From: Chloroflexota bacterium
GTDB lineage: Bacteria; Chloroflexota; Dehalococcoidia; Lucifugimonadales; UBA3495
Assembly: GCA_027623675.1 (NCBI GenBank)
Contig: JAQBVF010000004.1
Span: 64,001-128,000, forward strand
Direction of reading: 5' to 3'
DNA: 64,000 nucleotides
The notes below the pieces were generated by a model. That model was not told the origin of the DNA and searched no databases. It saw nothing but the letters and a program-made list of their open reading frames with translations. A program made the translations under genes and the position numbers. This document shows, piece by piece, positions 33,929 to 44,200 of this stretch (position 1 is its first letter; each line of letters starts with the position of its first letter).

Positions 33929-36900
33929 CTAGGGTTCCCGCGGCCCGGCCAGCACGAGGAGACCACCGTCGTCTTCCAACCGCCCTTCGGTTAGAAGGGC
34001 GCTCACCACTGCTTCGAAGCGCGATTTCATAGCTTCGGTGGTGCGGCTATAACCCAGCAGCTTGAACGCGGCCGCCGGCGCTTGTTCCCTGGCGATGCCG
34101 TAGGACCGGTCCACTACCAAGCGGACAGCCTCTCCCAATTCTTCGTCCGAGACTAGATCGAGCTTGCGCGCGGCCGGCGGAAGGCCCGACCGGTCTCGCA
34201 CCGGCGCACGCTCCATGCCCGTCCGCCAGAGAAAGCCGCCCCGGGATACGACGCGCCCGGAGCCGGCCAATTCCTGGACCGCCGCGCCGATGGCGTCCTG
34301 CACCCGCTTGCCTGGCCGTTTCACCCTGGCTGCCGTCAAGATGCGCCGGGCGACCTCCTCGGAACGCACCGGGCTCTCGATCTCAACGACCGCAGCCGCC
34401 CAGAGGGCCAGAGACACGGTGGACGCCTCGGCCAGGTCCACTCCTCCCGCCTGAATCTCTGGTTGGGCCATCCGATACTCGGTGACCTGATTTGCCGCCT
34501 CATGGGCCGGTAGCGCATCGCGGACAACCGCCTCAACTGCCGGAGGCTCCGGTTCGGCCAACGGAGCGGCCGTTGGCGGCTCGTCGCCCACTGCGTTTTG
34601 AACTTTGAGGGTGTCGGAGACCTGGTCAAGAATGCGCGCCAGTTCCTTGCTAGGGTCGCTGGCCCAGTCGGGACTCCAGGCCCGGTGCAGCCGCCAGCCC
34701 AAGCCTTCCAACACCTGGGGTCTCAGCCGGTCGCGGTCGCGGGCCGATCTGGCGCTGTCGTATGACGGGCCGTCGCATTCGATGCCCAGGACGTAGCGTT
34801 CCGGGTCACCGGGGTCCGCCACCGCCAGGTCGACCGTGCCCGTCCCCCAACCGGGGGACTCGGCCACCAGATATCCCTTCTCAGCTATCACCGCCGCCAA
34901 CGACCGCTGGAACGTGGTACGGGCCGCCGTCTCCGCCGCCTCGTGGGTCTCTAATATTCGCTTGCGGGCAAAGGCGAGGAAGGTGCGCAACGACCGGACT
35001 CCCTGGGAATTCGTGCGTTCCAGGTTTATGTCGTCCTCGGTCATATTGGTGAATACTTCGCAGCGGAGCCTGGCCCTCGTGATCAATACGTTGAGCCGGC
35101 GCTCGCCACCTTCCCGGTTTAAGGGTCCGAAATTGAGGTCCACCTGTCCGTTTTCCGCCCTGCCGTAGCCGATACTCACGAACATGACGTCCCGTTCGTC
35201 ACCCTGGACCGTTTCCAGGTTCTTCACGAAAAACGGCTCGTCCGGGTGGGCCGCAAAAAACTTTTCCCCCGATGGGTCCGCCCTTCGCAGGGCCTCCAGC
35301 CGGTCCTGAATCTCCCTGGTCTGGGCCATGCTGAACGCGGCAACTCCCAATGAAAGTTGGGGCTTGGTCCTGGCATGGCCCATAACCGCCTGGGCCACCG
35401 CATCGGCTTCCAGGGGGTTGGTCCCGGTGGTGCCCCGGCCATAGACCGCGTCAGGCAGATGACGGTAGACCAGCCCGGTATCCACCCTCCCGGCGTCGGG
35501 ACTGGGGAAAAGCACTAGACCGCCGCCATAGAATTCATGGTTGGATACGGCGATCAAAGAGTCATGGCGGCTGCGGTAATGCCAGCGCAACATCCGGCTG
35601 GGTGCGTTCTGAGCGGCGAACAGACCGAGGATGCTCTCGATGTCGCTGGTGGCTTCGTTCTCGCTATACTCTTCCATCTGCCCCACAGTTTCAAAGAAAG
35701 GGGTGGGCGGCAGCTGCTGGCTGTCGCCCACCACAACAACCTGGCCGCCGCGCATCACCGCGCCCAGGGCATCCACTGGCTTCACCTGGCTGGCCTCGTC
35801 GAACACCACCAGGTCAAACTTGATGCTGCCCGGACTCAGATAGGCCGCGATCGACAGTGGACTCATCATGAAAACGGGCTTGATCGCCTGTATCGGGTTG
35901 CCTGCCCGTTCCAGCAGGCGCCTGATGGGAAGATGCCGGCGGCGCATCTCGAACTGCCGGCGCAATGCCGCCAGTTGACCGCCGCCCTGGTTCCGGGGCA
36001 TCCGCTCCCAGTGGGCTTGGGCCAGCCGTACGCGGTTGTGGGACAATATCCGCCGGTCCAGTTCCTGGAAGCTATGCCTGATCTGTTCGTGGGCTGCGCT
36101 GTCGAACGATCTGAGTGCCGGGCGCTCCTTCAGCGCACGCTCCCATATCCCTTCGTACCAAGCGCGGTCGTAGGCATCGGGAAGGGCGCTCTCCCCGCCG
36201 GTCCAGTTGTATGCCGCCGGCAATATCCCCTGGAGATTTTCAGCTTGGCAGGCCGCGGCCTCGATGTTCAAGCGGACCATGTCGTGGACGCTTTCCACGT
36301 GCTCCCGGCAACCGGCGGCCAACTGCCGCTGGAGCTCCAGCGGCTGCTCCGCCAGGGTTCCTGGCCGTTCAAAGCGGCGAGAACTGTCCAGTTCCAAGCC
36401 TTGCGCCACGCCGTCGGCGGCGGTTTCAAGTTCAACCGCAGCTTGGTCGACGCGACCGGCTATCGCCGAGAGTTGGCCTGACACCGGGCCCAGAGATAGG
36501 TAGTCCAGGAGGTAGCGGGGCATCTGGCCGCCGACGATGTCGTCATAGAGCGCCAGCAGCCACTGGGTCACCAAGGTCAACTTCGGCCAGTCCGAATCCT
36601 GCCCCTGCCAGTGGTCACCAAACAGCCCGGCTCCCAGGGTCTCAAGTCGTTTGAATACCGAGTTATTTCTCTGGTGGGACTGCACGGCAGTTACCATGGC
36701 CAGCAATTCTTTAGCGCCGCCGCCTCCGCCGCTGGTCCTCAAGCCGGCCAGCCGGTTCTTGGTTCGGCGGTAGTCGGATATCAGCAGCCGCCACGGCTTG
36801 ACGCCCTGGGTCTCCAGGACCAGCCGTTCTCCATCCAGGTCTTGTTCCCAGGCGTGGGGTTTCAGGTCCGGCCCGTACTCAGCGTGCAGTTTGGACATGG

Positions 36901-39424
36901 TGGAGCCCGAGTCCACCAACCTTCGCACGTCATCTCCCTGCTGCGACCAGAGCAGGTTCTTGATGTCCAGGCCGTCCAGTCCGGGCGCTTCCGCTGCTCT
37001 CCTTGCGGCGGAGGTCAGGCGGCCAACTTCCGCCAGGTCAACCGGGACAGGCAGCCACATCGTCGCCGCGAGGGTGCTGGCCAGGTCTTCCAGGCGATCC
37101 AGAGCGGTCCAGTAGTCTTCCAGCTTGGCCCGAAGACGGTCTTGTGCAGCGGGCAGCGATTCCAAGAGCTCCGAGCTCCAGAAAGGGTGTTTCCGCGGCG
37201 GCCCCATGGCCGAAACCCTGGCCTGCAGTTCCTCCACCAGACCCCGTCTGCGGCGGTACTCGGCCTGGGACCACTCACCGATGGAAGTGATCGTGACCCG
37301 CTGTGGACCGTCTCCGGCCCCGGGGTTGGATAAGGACAGCGATTCCCCGGCGGCTTGGAACGGGGTTACTCCGGATTCCCCTAGCGGGCGGTTGATGGCG
37401 TCGCAGTAGCCGTTCAGACGCTCCCGCAGGCGGGCCAACTCGGTCACGTCTTCTGCCACCGCGCTGGCGCGAGGACGCCCCAACTCCAGGGTCCGCTCCA
37501 ATTCGTCCAGGGCCACTTTCTTGGCCGTTTTGTGACTGTGCAACTCCAAGCACGCGTCGCCCAATCCAACGTTGTCCAAGCGCCGCTTCACCACCTCAAG
37601 CGCCGCCATCTTTTCGGAGACGAACAGCACCGTCCGGCCGTTGCCCACCGCCTCGGCGATCATGTTGGTGATGGTCTGCGACTTTCCGGTTCCTGGCGGG
37701 CCTTGGACCACCAGGTTCAACCCTTGGTTCACATCCAGCAGGGTCAGGCTCTGAGATCCGTCGGCGTCGACTACGTGGTAGCTGTCGGCTGCCTGTGTGA
37801 CCGAGTCCAGGTGCTCGTCGCCGCTGATCAGTGGCGGCGGCTCGTCGAACCCGTCCTGCAACAACGCTCCAATGATGGGATGCTCGGCGGGGGAGACATC
37901 GACGGGCCACGTCGCCACGTCTAGGTCGCGGTACATGAGGAACTTGCTGAACGAGAAGAAGCCGAGGGCAGCCTGTCTGCGGTCCACCGTCCAGCCTTCA
38001 AGGCCGGCGACGGCTTCGGCCACGGAGTCGAAATAGGCCTCGATGTCAAGAAGGTCAGCCTCCGGCAATTCGGGGAGGGCAACGCCGAATTCAAGGCGCA
38101 GCTTTTCCCTGAGGGAAACGTTGGTTTCGGGGTCGTCGCCGGTGTGGCGCAGCCGGAACCGCCCCTTCACGTTGACCCGCTCCAAGGTGACCGGCAACAG
38201 CACCAGCGGGGCAAGTCTGGTCTCCTGATTGGCGCCTTGGGGATCGGCGTCCCGCCATTCCAGCATCCCCAAAGCCATGAAGAGAGTGTTGACGCCCTGC
38301 TCCTGGATGAATGAGCTGGCCAGACGGTAGGTGGAGACCAGTCGCCGGTCCAGATCAGCGGCCGGATGGACGGTGGCAAAACGCAGGTCACGCCTGGCGC
38401 TGTTGCCGCTGTCCCCGGCGTCATCGCCTTCCTCAGGCATGAATACCGCGGTCCGGTCTTGCTCGGCCAGAGCGGTGATGACCTCATGCGGGGTGTGCCC
38501 CTGCAGCGCGACTCCCCTGGATCTCAGGAGCCGGTAGTTAAGCAGCGGGTTGCGCATCCCCAGGTCCAACAGGTCCCGCCGTGCCGCCTCCAGCTTGGCG
38601 CGGACCAGATCCGAGTGGCTGCGCTGGGAGGTGGACAGGTCTTCCACCGCAGTGACCAGTGGGATCAGGTGCGCGGAGGGCTGGCCGGCCGACAGATGGT
38701 CCAGAAAACCGGAAGAGAGCGAGCCGTCGTTGATCTCGCCGATCACCTGCCGGACCCACACCGCCAGGTCGGCAAGCTCCGGCCAGGCGTCGGGGTTGGC
38801 CGCGCGGTCTGCTCCGAAAAGCGAAACTCCCAGGGGCCGATGGCGGGCGATGACCCGGCCTTGCTCCTGGGAATCGATGATGGCGTTTATCAGTGCGAGT
38901 TGGCCTGCCGATTCGGAAGGCGGCGATGAGACGCAAATCTGGGAGAGGACGCTGCGGGCCTGGCGGTATCTGCCGGAGAGGAGCCTAGCGCGGCTGGCGC
39001 CGGCCTCGGCCAAAGTCTGGCGCACCTGGCTCAGGTCCTGTTCCCAGGCCTCGGGCTCCAGCTTCGGTCCCAACTCCGCCCGGATGCCGGCCAGCGCCGT
39101 GCCGGCGGCAAGCAGTTCATCCAGTTCAGTTTGGTGGGTGTTCCATTCGGGGGCTTTGAGGTCTACTCCGGTCAGGACGGGGGCGTCGATGGCCCGGTGC
39201 GCGGTCCGGATAAGCGCGTCCCGCTGCGCCTGTCCCCTCGGTGCCGGGAGGCCTAGGGCCTGGGCAAGCTGGCTGGCAGCGTCCTCCAACTCCCGGAGGG
39301 CCCTCTGTCCAGAACCGTGTTCAGTCTCCGGCTGGGGGCCGTGCTGGGAGCCTGGTTCCCCGCCCGGACTTCCGGCCTGTTGCCCCATTTCTGGGACCGG
39401 CTCTTGACCGCCGTTTGTCGACAT
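33929..39424 (-). CDS. DUF4011-SF1 helicase-Vsr-like nuclease-DUF3320 protein (Hhe-like architecture)
   Basis: LLDLGMRNPLLN and EQGVNTLFMALG.L.W (DUF4011); QGPPGTGKSQTITN, FVSEKMAALEVV, FDEASQ, GDSQQLPP, WHYRSRH, VQGDERD, RRLNVLITRA (helicase); LGIECDG..Y..ARDRDRLR..LE.LGW (nuclease); VVEIESPV C-terminal. Confidence 0.92.
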   Translation of the reverse strand: MSTNGGQEPVPEMGQQAGSPGGEPGSQHGPQPETEHGSGQRALRELEDAASQLAQALGLPAPRGQAQRDALIRTAHRAIDAPVLTGVDLKAPEWNTHQTELDELLAAGTALAGIRAELGPKLEPEAWEQDLSQVRQTLAEAGASRARLLSGRYRQARSVLSQICVSSPPSESAGQLALINAIIDSQEQGRVIARHRPLGVSLFGADRAANPDAWPELADLAVWVRQVIGEINDGSLSSGFLDHLSAGQPSAHLIPLVTAVEDLSTSQRSHSDLVRAKLEAARRDLLDLGMRNPLLNYRLLRSRGVALQGHTPHEVITALAEQDRTAVFMPEEGDDAGDSGNSARRDLRFATVHPAADLDRRLVSTYRLASSFIQEQGVNTLFMALGMLEWRDADPQGANQETRLAPLVLLPVTLERVNVKGRFRLRHTGDDPETNVSLREKLRLEFGVALPELPEADLLDIEAYFDSVAEAVAGLEGWTVDRRQAALGFFSFSKFLMYRDLDVATWPVDVSPAEHPIIGALLQDGFDEPPPLISGDEHLDSVTQAADSYHVVDADGSQSLTLLDVNQGLNLVVQGPPGTGKSQTITNMIAEAVGNGRTVLFVSEKMAALEVVKRRLDNVGLGDACLELHSHKTAKKVALDELERTLELGRPRASAVAEDVTELARLRERLNGYCDAINRPLGESGVTPFQAAGESLSLSNPGAGDGPQRVTITSIGEWSQAEYRRRRGLVEELQARVSAMGPPRKHPFWSSELLESLPAAQDRLRAKLEDYWTALDRLEDLASTLAATMWLPVPVDLAEVGRLTSAARRAAEAPGLDGLDIKNLLWSQQGDDVRRLVDSGSTMSKLHAEYGPDLKPHAWEQDLDGERLVLETQGVKPWRLLISDYRRTKNRLAGLRTSGGGGGAKELLAMVTAVQSHQRNNSVFKRLETLGAGLFGDHWQGQDSDWPKLTLVTQWLLALYDDIVGGQMPRYLLDYLSLGPVSGQLSAIAGRVDQAAVELETAADGVAQGLELDSSRRFERPGTLAEQPLELQRQLAAGCREHVESVHDMVRLNIEAAACQAENLQGILPAAYNWTGGESALPDAYDRAWYEGIWERALKERPALRSFDSAAHEQIRHSFQELDRRILSHNRVRLAQAHWERMPRNQGGGQLAALRRQFEMRRRHLPIRRLLERAGNPIQAIKPVFMMSPLSIAAYLSPGSIKFDLVVFDEASQVKPVDALGAVMRGGQVVVVGDSQQLPPTPFFETVGQMEEYSENEATSDIESILGLFAAQNAPSRMLRWHYRSRHDSLIAVSNHEFYGGGLVLFPSPDAGRVDTGLVYRHLPDAVYGRGTTGTNPLEADAVAQAVMGHARTKPQLSLGVAAFSMAQTREIQDRLEALRRADPSGEKFFAAHPDEPFFVKNLETVQGDERDVMFVSIGYGRAENGQVDLNFGPLNREGGERRLNVLITRARLRCEVFTNMTEDDINLERTNSQGVRSLRTFLAFARKRILETHEAAETAARTTFQRSLAAVIAEKGYLVAESPGWGTGTVDLAVADPGDPERYVLGIECDGPSYDSARSARDRDRLRPQVLEGLGWRLHRAWSPDWASDPSKELARILDQVSDTLKVQNAVGDEPPTAAPLAEPEPPAVEAVVRDALPAHEAANQVTEYRMAQPEIQAGGVDLAEASTVSLALWAAAVVEIESPVRSEEVARRILTAARVKRPGKRVQDAIGAAVQELAGSGRVVSRGGFLWRTGMERAPVRDRSGLPPAARKLDLVSDEELGEAVRLVVDRSYGIAREQAPAAAFKLLGYSRTTEAMKSRFEAVVSALLTEGRLEDDGGLLVLAGPREP

Positions 39425-39631
39425 AACTCCACGTTAGCACACCTCCGATTTTACGGGCCAGTCAAATCTTTCATCTTCTTTAGCGGATGAATGGTCCTCG
39501 AATCAAATGGCGACCTAATCACCATTTAATCAGCATGATATACTCGCGAAAATTACGAATGAGTTACGGGTGTATGGTGGACCTCCAGCCGTGAGGAAGT
39601 TTCGCCAACACCCAGCATAGACAGGAGATAG

Positions 39632-39967
39632 ATGGACGCATTCGACATGCCCGAGATCGAGGAAGCCCACCGGCAAAATGGTGAGCTGTATCACGAGTTC
39701 CTGCGGGCCAGCCGTCTGAGCGTGGGTCTATACGTCTTGCCGGCGGGCGCCGTCGATCCCCAGGCTCCCCATACCGAAGACGAGGTCTATCACATCGCGT
39801 CCGGCTCGGGCATGATTGAGGTGGCCGGGGAACACCGGCCGGTGGGCGCGGGCTCAGTGATCTATGTGGACGCCCACGTTGATCACCGCTTCCACTCCAT
39901 AACCGAGGAACTGAAAGTGGTGGTCGTCTTCGCGCCACCCCGCCGTTCCCTGGCCGGCCAGAGCTAG
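39632..39967 (+). CDS. Cupin domain protein
   Basis: D.QAPH.EDEVY....G.G, G..IYV.A.V.HRFH. AGGAG RBS. Confidence 0.88.
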   Translation: MDAFDMPEIEEAHRQNGELYHEFLRASRLSVGLYVLPAGAVDPQAPHTEDEVYHIASGSGMIEVAGEHRPVGAGSVIYVDAHVDHRFHSITEELKVVVVFAPPRRSLAGQS

Positions 39968-39977
39968 GAGCGCATCC

Positions 39978-41099
39978 ATGTCTGAAGTAGAGATCATGGG
40001 CATGATTGGCGTGAACCGGGAGCGTGACGCGTCCCGAGGCGTGACGGTCAGCCTCTTCGGCGGCGGCATCAATCCTGCCGACGAGATTCCCGCCGGCATC
40101 GACCCAGGATACATCGTCGAGTTCTCCCAAGCCCACGAGGCCAGCGGCTTCGACAAGGTGCTGATCGGTTATTCCTCAGCCACTGCGGAAGGATTCGGCG
40201 TGGCCGGCTACGCTGCATCCCACACCAAGACCCTTGGATACCTCATTGCTCACCGTCCTGGGTTCGTCGCTCCCACGCTGGCCGCCCGGCAGGCTGCCAC
40301 CTTGGACCAACTCACGGAAGGCCGCATCGCCCTCCACATCATCAGCGGCGGCAGCGACATCGAACAGCGCCGCGACGGCGATTGGGCCGACCACGACGCC
40401 CGGTACCGCCGGTCGGACGAATTCATGGAGATCATGAAGCGGGTTTGGACCGAGACCGCGCCGTTCGACTACGACGGCGAGTTCTACCGCTTTGAGCAGA
40501 ACCTGAGCGAGGTGCGGACCTTCCAACGGCCCCACGTGCCCCTCTATTTCGGCGGGGCATCGGAGGCGGCCAAGGAGGTCGGGGCTAAGCGCGCCGACGT
40601 CTATGCTCTGTGGGGCGAGCCCCTAGACTCCATCAAGGAGCAGATCGCTGACATCCGGCAGCGGGCCGCCAGATACAACCGGACCATCAAGTTCAGCGTG
40701 TCCGTCAGGCCAATCTTGGGCGACACCGAGGGCGAAGCCTGGGAAAGGGCCAGAGGGATACTTGAACGGGTGAGATCGACGGTGGGAGAGACCATCGGCC
40801 CGGCCAAGCCGGCCAGGCTGCAGTCGGAGGGTTCCCGCCGACTGCTGGACTTCGCCGCCAAGGGCGACATTCACGACAAACGCCTCTGGATGCCCATCGC
40901 CGCGACCACCGGAGCCGCCGGCAACACCACCGCCTTGGTGGGCACCGCCGAGCAGGTGGCCGAGTCTCTTTTGGCTTACCATCAGGCTGGGGCGTCAGCG
41001 TTCATCATCCGGGGATTCGATCCCCTTCAGGACACCATCGATTGGGGCAAGGAACTGATTCCCATGGTCCGCGAGGGCGCAACCGCTCTGGCTATTTAA
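39978..41099 (+). CDS. LLM-class flavin-dependent monooxygenase (SsuD-like)
   Basis: HE.SGFDKVLIG, IAHRPGFVAPT.AAR..ATLD, PFDYDGEFY, YFGGAS, ALVGTAEQVA. Confidence 0.92.
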   Translation: MSEVEIMGMIGVNRERDASRGVTVSLFGGGINPADEIPAGIDPGYIVEFSQAHEASGFDKVLIGYSSATAEGFGVAGYAASHTKTLGYLIAHRPGFVAPTLAARQAATLDQLTEGRIALHIISGGSDIEQRRDGDWADHDARYRRSDEFMEIMKRVWTETAPFDYDGEFYRFEQNLSEVRTFQRPHVPLYFGGASEAAKEVGAKRADVYALWGEPLDSIKEQIADIRQRAARYNRTIKFSVSVRPILGDTEGEAWERARGILERVRSTVGETIGPAKPARLQSEGSRRLLDFAAKGDIHDKRLWMPIAATTGAAGNTTALVGTAEQVAESLLAYHQAGASAFIIRGFDPLQDTIDWGKELIPMVREGATALAI

Positions 41100-42012
41100 T
41101 TTCGAGGCCTTCCAGTTCCAACAACCTTTCTAAAAGGCTGAAGAACCGCGCCCGGTCCACCGTCATTGGCAGGGTGATCTCGCCCGGACCGCCGGATTCG
41201 GCGGTGGCGCCCCACAGCTCGTTCTCATCCAGTCCCACATCCAGGTCCACCTTCACCACCGTGGCGATGGCGGGTTCCAGGGCGATGGCCAGTGCCAATG
41301 GGTCGTAGAACTCGAACCTCTCTCGGCTTGGCTCCAGCCGGAACCAGCCCTGTAGCATGTCGACGGCCAGGCGGCCCTGAGGATGTTTTGAGTCCAGCGC
41401 CATGGCCTGTTCCCGGGCGATCCACACCTGCCGGCAGGCGGCCAGGTCCACCAGGGTGATCGGCAGCCCGCTGGAAAGGACGATCTCGGCGGCCACCGGG
41501 TCGCTGTGGATGTTGAACTCCGCGGCCGGGGTGACGTTGCCGGGGCAGTTTACCGCGCCGCCCATGACCACGATGTTCTTGGCCTGCTCCAGCGCGATGG
41601 GCCGCTCCCAGAGCAACCGAGCGACGTTGGTCAATGGCCCCAAGGCGACAAGCACTGCCTCGCCAAGTTCGCGTGTCAGTTGGTCGTACAGAAACTGGAC
41701 CGCCCCTTCAGCCACCGTCACCGACTCTGGTTCCGGCAGACTGAGGGATAGGCCTTCTGGGCCGTGGAACTGGGGAGAGTAGGAGTATCGGTCGCGCAAT
41801 GGCTGTGAGGCGCCCTTGGCTACTGGGATGTCGCTTCGGCCCGCGGCCTGGAGAATGGCCAAAGCGTTGCGGGTCGCCCGGGCCGCCGAGACGTTGCCGC
41901 CCACCGTGGTCAACCCCATCACTTGCACGTCCGGAGAGGCCAGCGCCATCAAGATGGCGATCGCGTCGTCCACGCCTGGATCGGTGTCTATTATTAATCG
42001 AACGGGATCCAT
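41092..42012 (-). CDS. Nucleoside hydrolase (IU-NH family)
   Basis: IIDTDPGVDDA, GN, HG..GL, LGPLTNVA, MGG...GNVTP.AEFN...DP.AA. The usual HD is YD (FYDPLA). Confidence 0.9.
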   Translation of the reverse strand: MDPVRLIIDTDPGVDDAIAILMALASPDVQVMGLTTVGGNVSAARATRNALAILQAAGRSDIPVAKGASQPLRDRYSYSPQFHGPEGLSLSLPEPESVTVAEGAVQFLYDQLTRELGEAVLVALGPLTNVARLLWERPIALEQAKNIVVMGGAVNCPGNVTPAAEFNIHSDPVAAEIVLSSGLPITLVDLAACRQVWIAREQAMALDSKHPQGRLAVDMLQGWFRLEPSRERFEFYDPLALAIALEPAIATVVKVDLDVGLDENELWGATAESGGPGEITLPMTVDRARFFSLLERLLELEGLEIK

Positions 42013-42055
42013 TATCTTCCAGTATTGCCCCGCCGGCCGAGTCCAGTAGGTCCGG

Positions 42056-43036
42056 CTAGAATGGCGAGGGATCTCTGTAGATGTAAGCCGAGTTGGCAAA
42101 GGCGGTCAACGACTCCAATGCCGTGTGCCAGAACCGGTACCCGGTGGCCTTGCGTAGTTTGCCGGTGCTCATCAAGATGGGCCAGCGCACCAGGTCTATA
42201 TCGCTGGCGGTGGTGCTGCGCTGCAAGCGGAGCTCCCAGCAGAGTTTGTTCAGCGGATAGGCCAAGAATGACGGCAGATTGATCATCTTGCTATCGATAA
42301 TATCGGCCATCTCCCGGTAAAAGACAACGCCGTCCCCAGCCACGTTAAAGGTGCCGGGGATCTCCCGCTGGATTATGATCGACATGACCCTGGCCAGGTC
42401 GTCGTCATAGACGAATTGCATGGCCGGGTTGCCGTCCGAGACCCCCTTGAACCATTTCCTGAAGAATGACCGGGTCGCCACGTTGTCGGCGCTGGGGCCA
42501 ATGACGGGGCAAGACCGGAGAACGGTGACTTTAACTTCTTCCTGGGCGCGGGAAAACTCCTCCAGAGCCAACTCACAGAAAGACTTGTTGTTGGCGTAGG
42601 AGTCTTCTGGTGATGGCCGCATCGGTTCGCCCTCGGAGATGGGAAGGGGATTATCGCCGTGGGCGCCGTAGACCAGGTGAGAACTGAGGTACACCAAATG
42701 GGTGACTCTGGCCCTGGCGCATGACGCCATCACCGAGCGCAAGGTGTTCAGGTTCTCATCCCTGATCTCGATGATTTCCCGGCGGGTGGCGCCCCGGCGG
42801 GGGTTGAACGCCAGGTGGACCAGAGTTGTCGCTTCCTGGTCGTTCAGATCGTCGTTGATGGGCTCAGACACGTTCTTGCGGTAGTTGGCGACGTTGTGTA
42901 TCGGCAGTGGGGGCGCTTTCACGTCGAAGGCGACCAGTTTCCGCAGGCCGGGCTCCTGCTCCAGCCGCTCCAGAAGTTTGGCGCCGACGTAGCCGGAAGC
43001 CCCCGTAACCGCCACTACCTTGCCTTGTTGGGCCAT
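42056..43036 (-). CDS. NAD-dependent epimerase/dehydratase (extended SDR)
   Basis: VAVTGASGYVG, HLA, SS..VYG, YANNK (YxxxK), QFVY.DDLA. Confidence 0.88.
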   Translation of the reverse strand: MAQQGKVVAVTGASGYVGAKLLERLEQEPGLRKLVAFDVKAPPLPIHNVANYRKNVSEPINDDLNDQEATTLVHLAFNPRRGATRREIIEIRDENLNTLRSVMASCARARVTHLVYLSSHLVYGAHGDNPLPISEGEPMRPSPEDSYANNKSFCELALEEFSRAQEEVKVTVLRSCPVIGPSADNVATRSFFRKWFKGVSDGNPAMQFVYDDDLARVMSIIIQREIPGTFNVAGDGVVFYREMADIIDSKMINLPSFLAYPLNKLCWELRLQRSTTASDIDLVRWPILMSTGKLRKATGYRFWHTALESLTAFANSAYIYRDPSPF

Positions 43037-43106
43037 CCTATCCTGTCGTCCGGTTCCCTACTGTCCGGTTCATCGCTGGTTGGGTGAAGGCTCTTTCGAT
43101 TAAAGA

Positions 43107-44033
43107 TTACCTGAGGGGTGAGGATAGCGACAACATGCTGCCCAACCAGGTCTGGGCCGTTATCCGGACCTTTTCGTCCTTGCTGAGTGAAACCCTAGAG
43201 CTCAAGACATCGTAATCGGACGCCTCGATACGGTCTAGGACCTTTGAATACAGGGCCCCCAGGACCGCCGGACAGGCCCGAGACCGCCGCGACAGGTAGG
43301 GCAGCAGCTTGAATCCCCGGTCGAAATACCCCCGGGCCCGCTTGGCCTGGAACTCCATCAGGTCCAAGAACTCCTGATTACGGACGCCATTTCTCAGGTC
43401 TTCCTCCGAATAACCGAACCGGGCCATCTCGTCTTGGGGCAGATAAACGCGGTCCATATCCAGGTCTTCGCGAACATCCCTGATGATATTGGTCAACTGC
43501 ATCGCCAGCCCCAGGTCAACGGCATGCTCCTTGGCGTCGTCGTTCCGGTAGCCGAATATCTGCAGGCAGATCAGCCCGACCACCGACGCCACCCGGTAGC
43601 AATACTCCCTGAGTTCTTCGAAGTTCTGGAACCGGTCTTTGACCAGGTCGCTCTCCACCCCTTGGATCACCTCGCCGAAATAGTCCTGGGGAATGTCATA
43701 TTGACGGGCAACGTCAGCCAGCGCGACGTAGACGGGACTGGCAGCCCGGCCGGAGTAGGTGTCGGCCAGGTCTGAGCGAAGCGCGGCCAGCGCCTGCATC
43801 TTGGCCGGTGTGGATGTCCCTTCGTCCACCGAGTCGTCGCAGTGGCGGCAGAAGGCGTAGGCAGCGTAGATGGCGCGGCGCTTGGCTGGCGGAAGGGTCA
43901 AGAAAGCGTAGTAGAAGTTCTTGGCTTCCCGGCGGGTGATGGTCCGGCAGGTCTCGTACGCCTGTTCTAGACCGATGCTTTGGAGAGATGGAGGCGATTG
44001 CGTTGGTGGAGTTTGCGGCGGTGGGGTTTGCAT
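43107..44033 (-). CDS. Squalene/phytoene synthase family protein (HpnD-like)
   Basis: NFYYAF..LP..KRRAI...YAFCR..DD.VD, YCYRVASVVG, LGLAMQLTNIIRDVRED...RVYLP. Located in the hopanoid cluster. Confidence 0.9.
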   Translation of the reverse strand: MQTPPPQTPPTQSPPSLQSIGLEQAYETCRTITRREAKNFYYAFLTLPPAKRRAIYAAYAFCRHCDDSVDEGTSTPAKMQALAALRSDLADTYSGRAASPVYVALADVARQYDIPQDYFGEVIQGVESDLVKDRFQNFEELREYCYRVASVVGLICLQIFGYRNDDAKEHAVDLGLAMQLTNIIRDVREDLDMDRVYLPQDEMARFGYSEEDLRNGVRNQEFLDLMEFQAKRARGYFDRGFKLLPYLSRRSRACPAVLGALYSKVLDRIEASDYDVLSSRVSLSKDEKVRITAQTWLGSMLSLSSPLR

Positions 44034-44200
44034 AAAAACTACCCGGTCGATGGATTTGCCGGGGGCAGCGGTTCTGTGGGATATGGCTGAGTAATGGAAA
44101 AACGATGGGGTGGAGTCGTATCCCATCCTGGTTCCAGTTAGCTGCCCATCGGCCCAGACCGATGAATCAACTCGGTCTGGGCCTCAAGTCCTCGGCAGGG

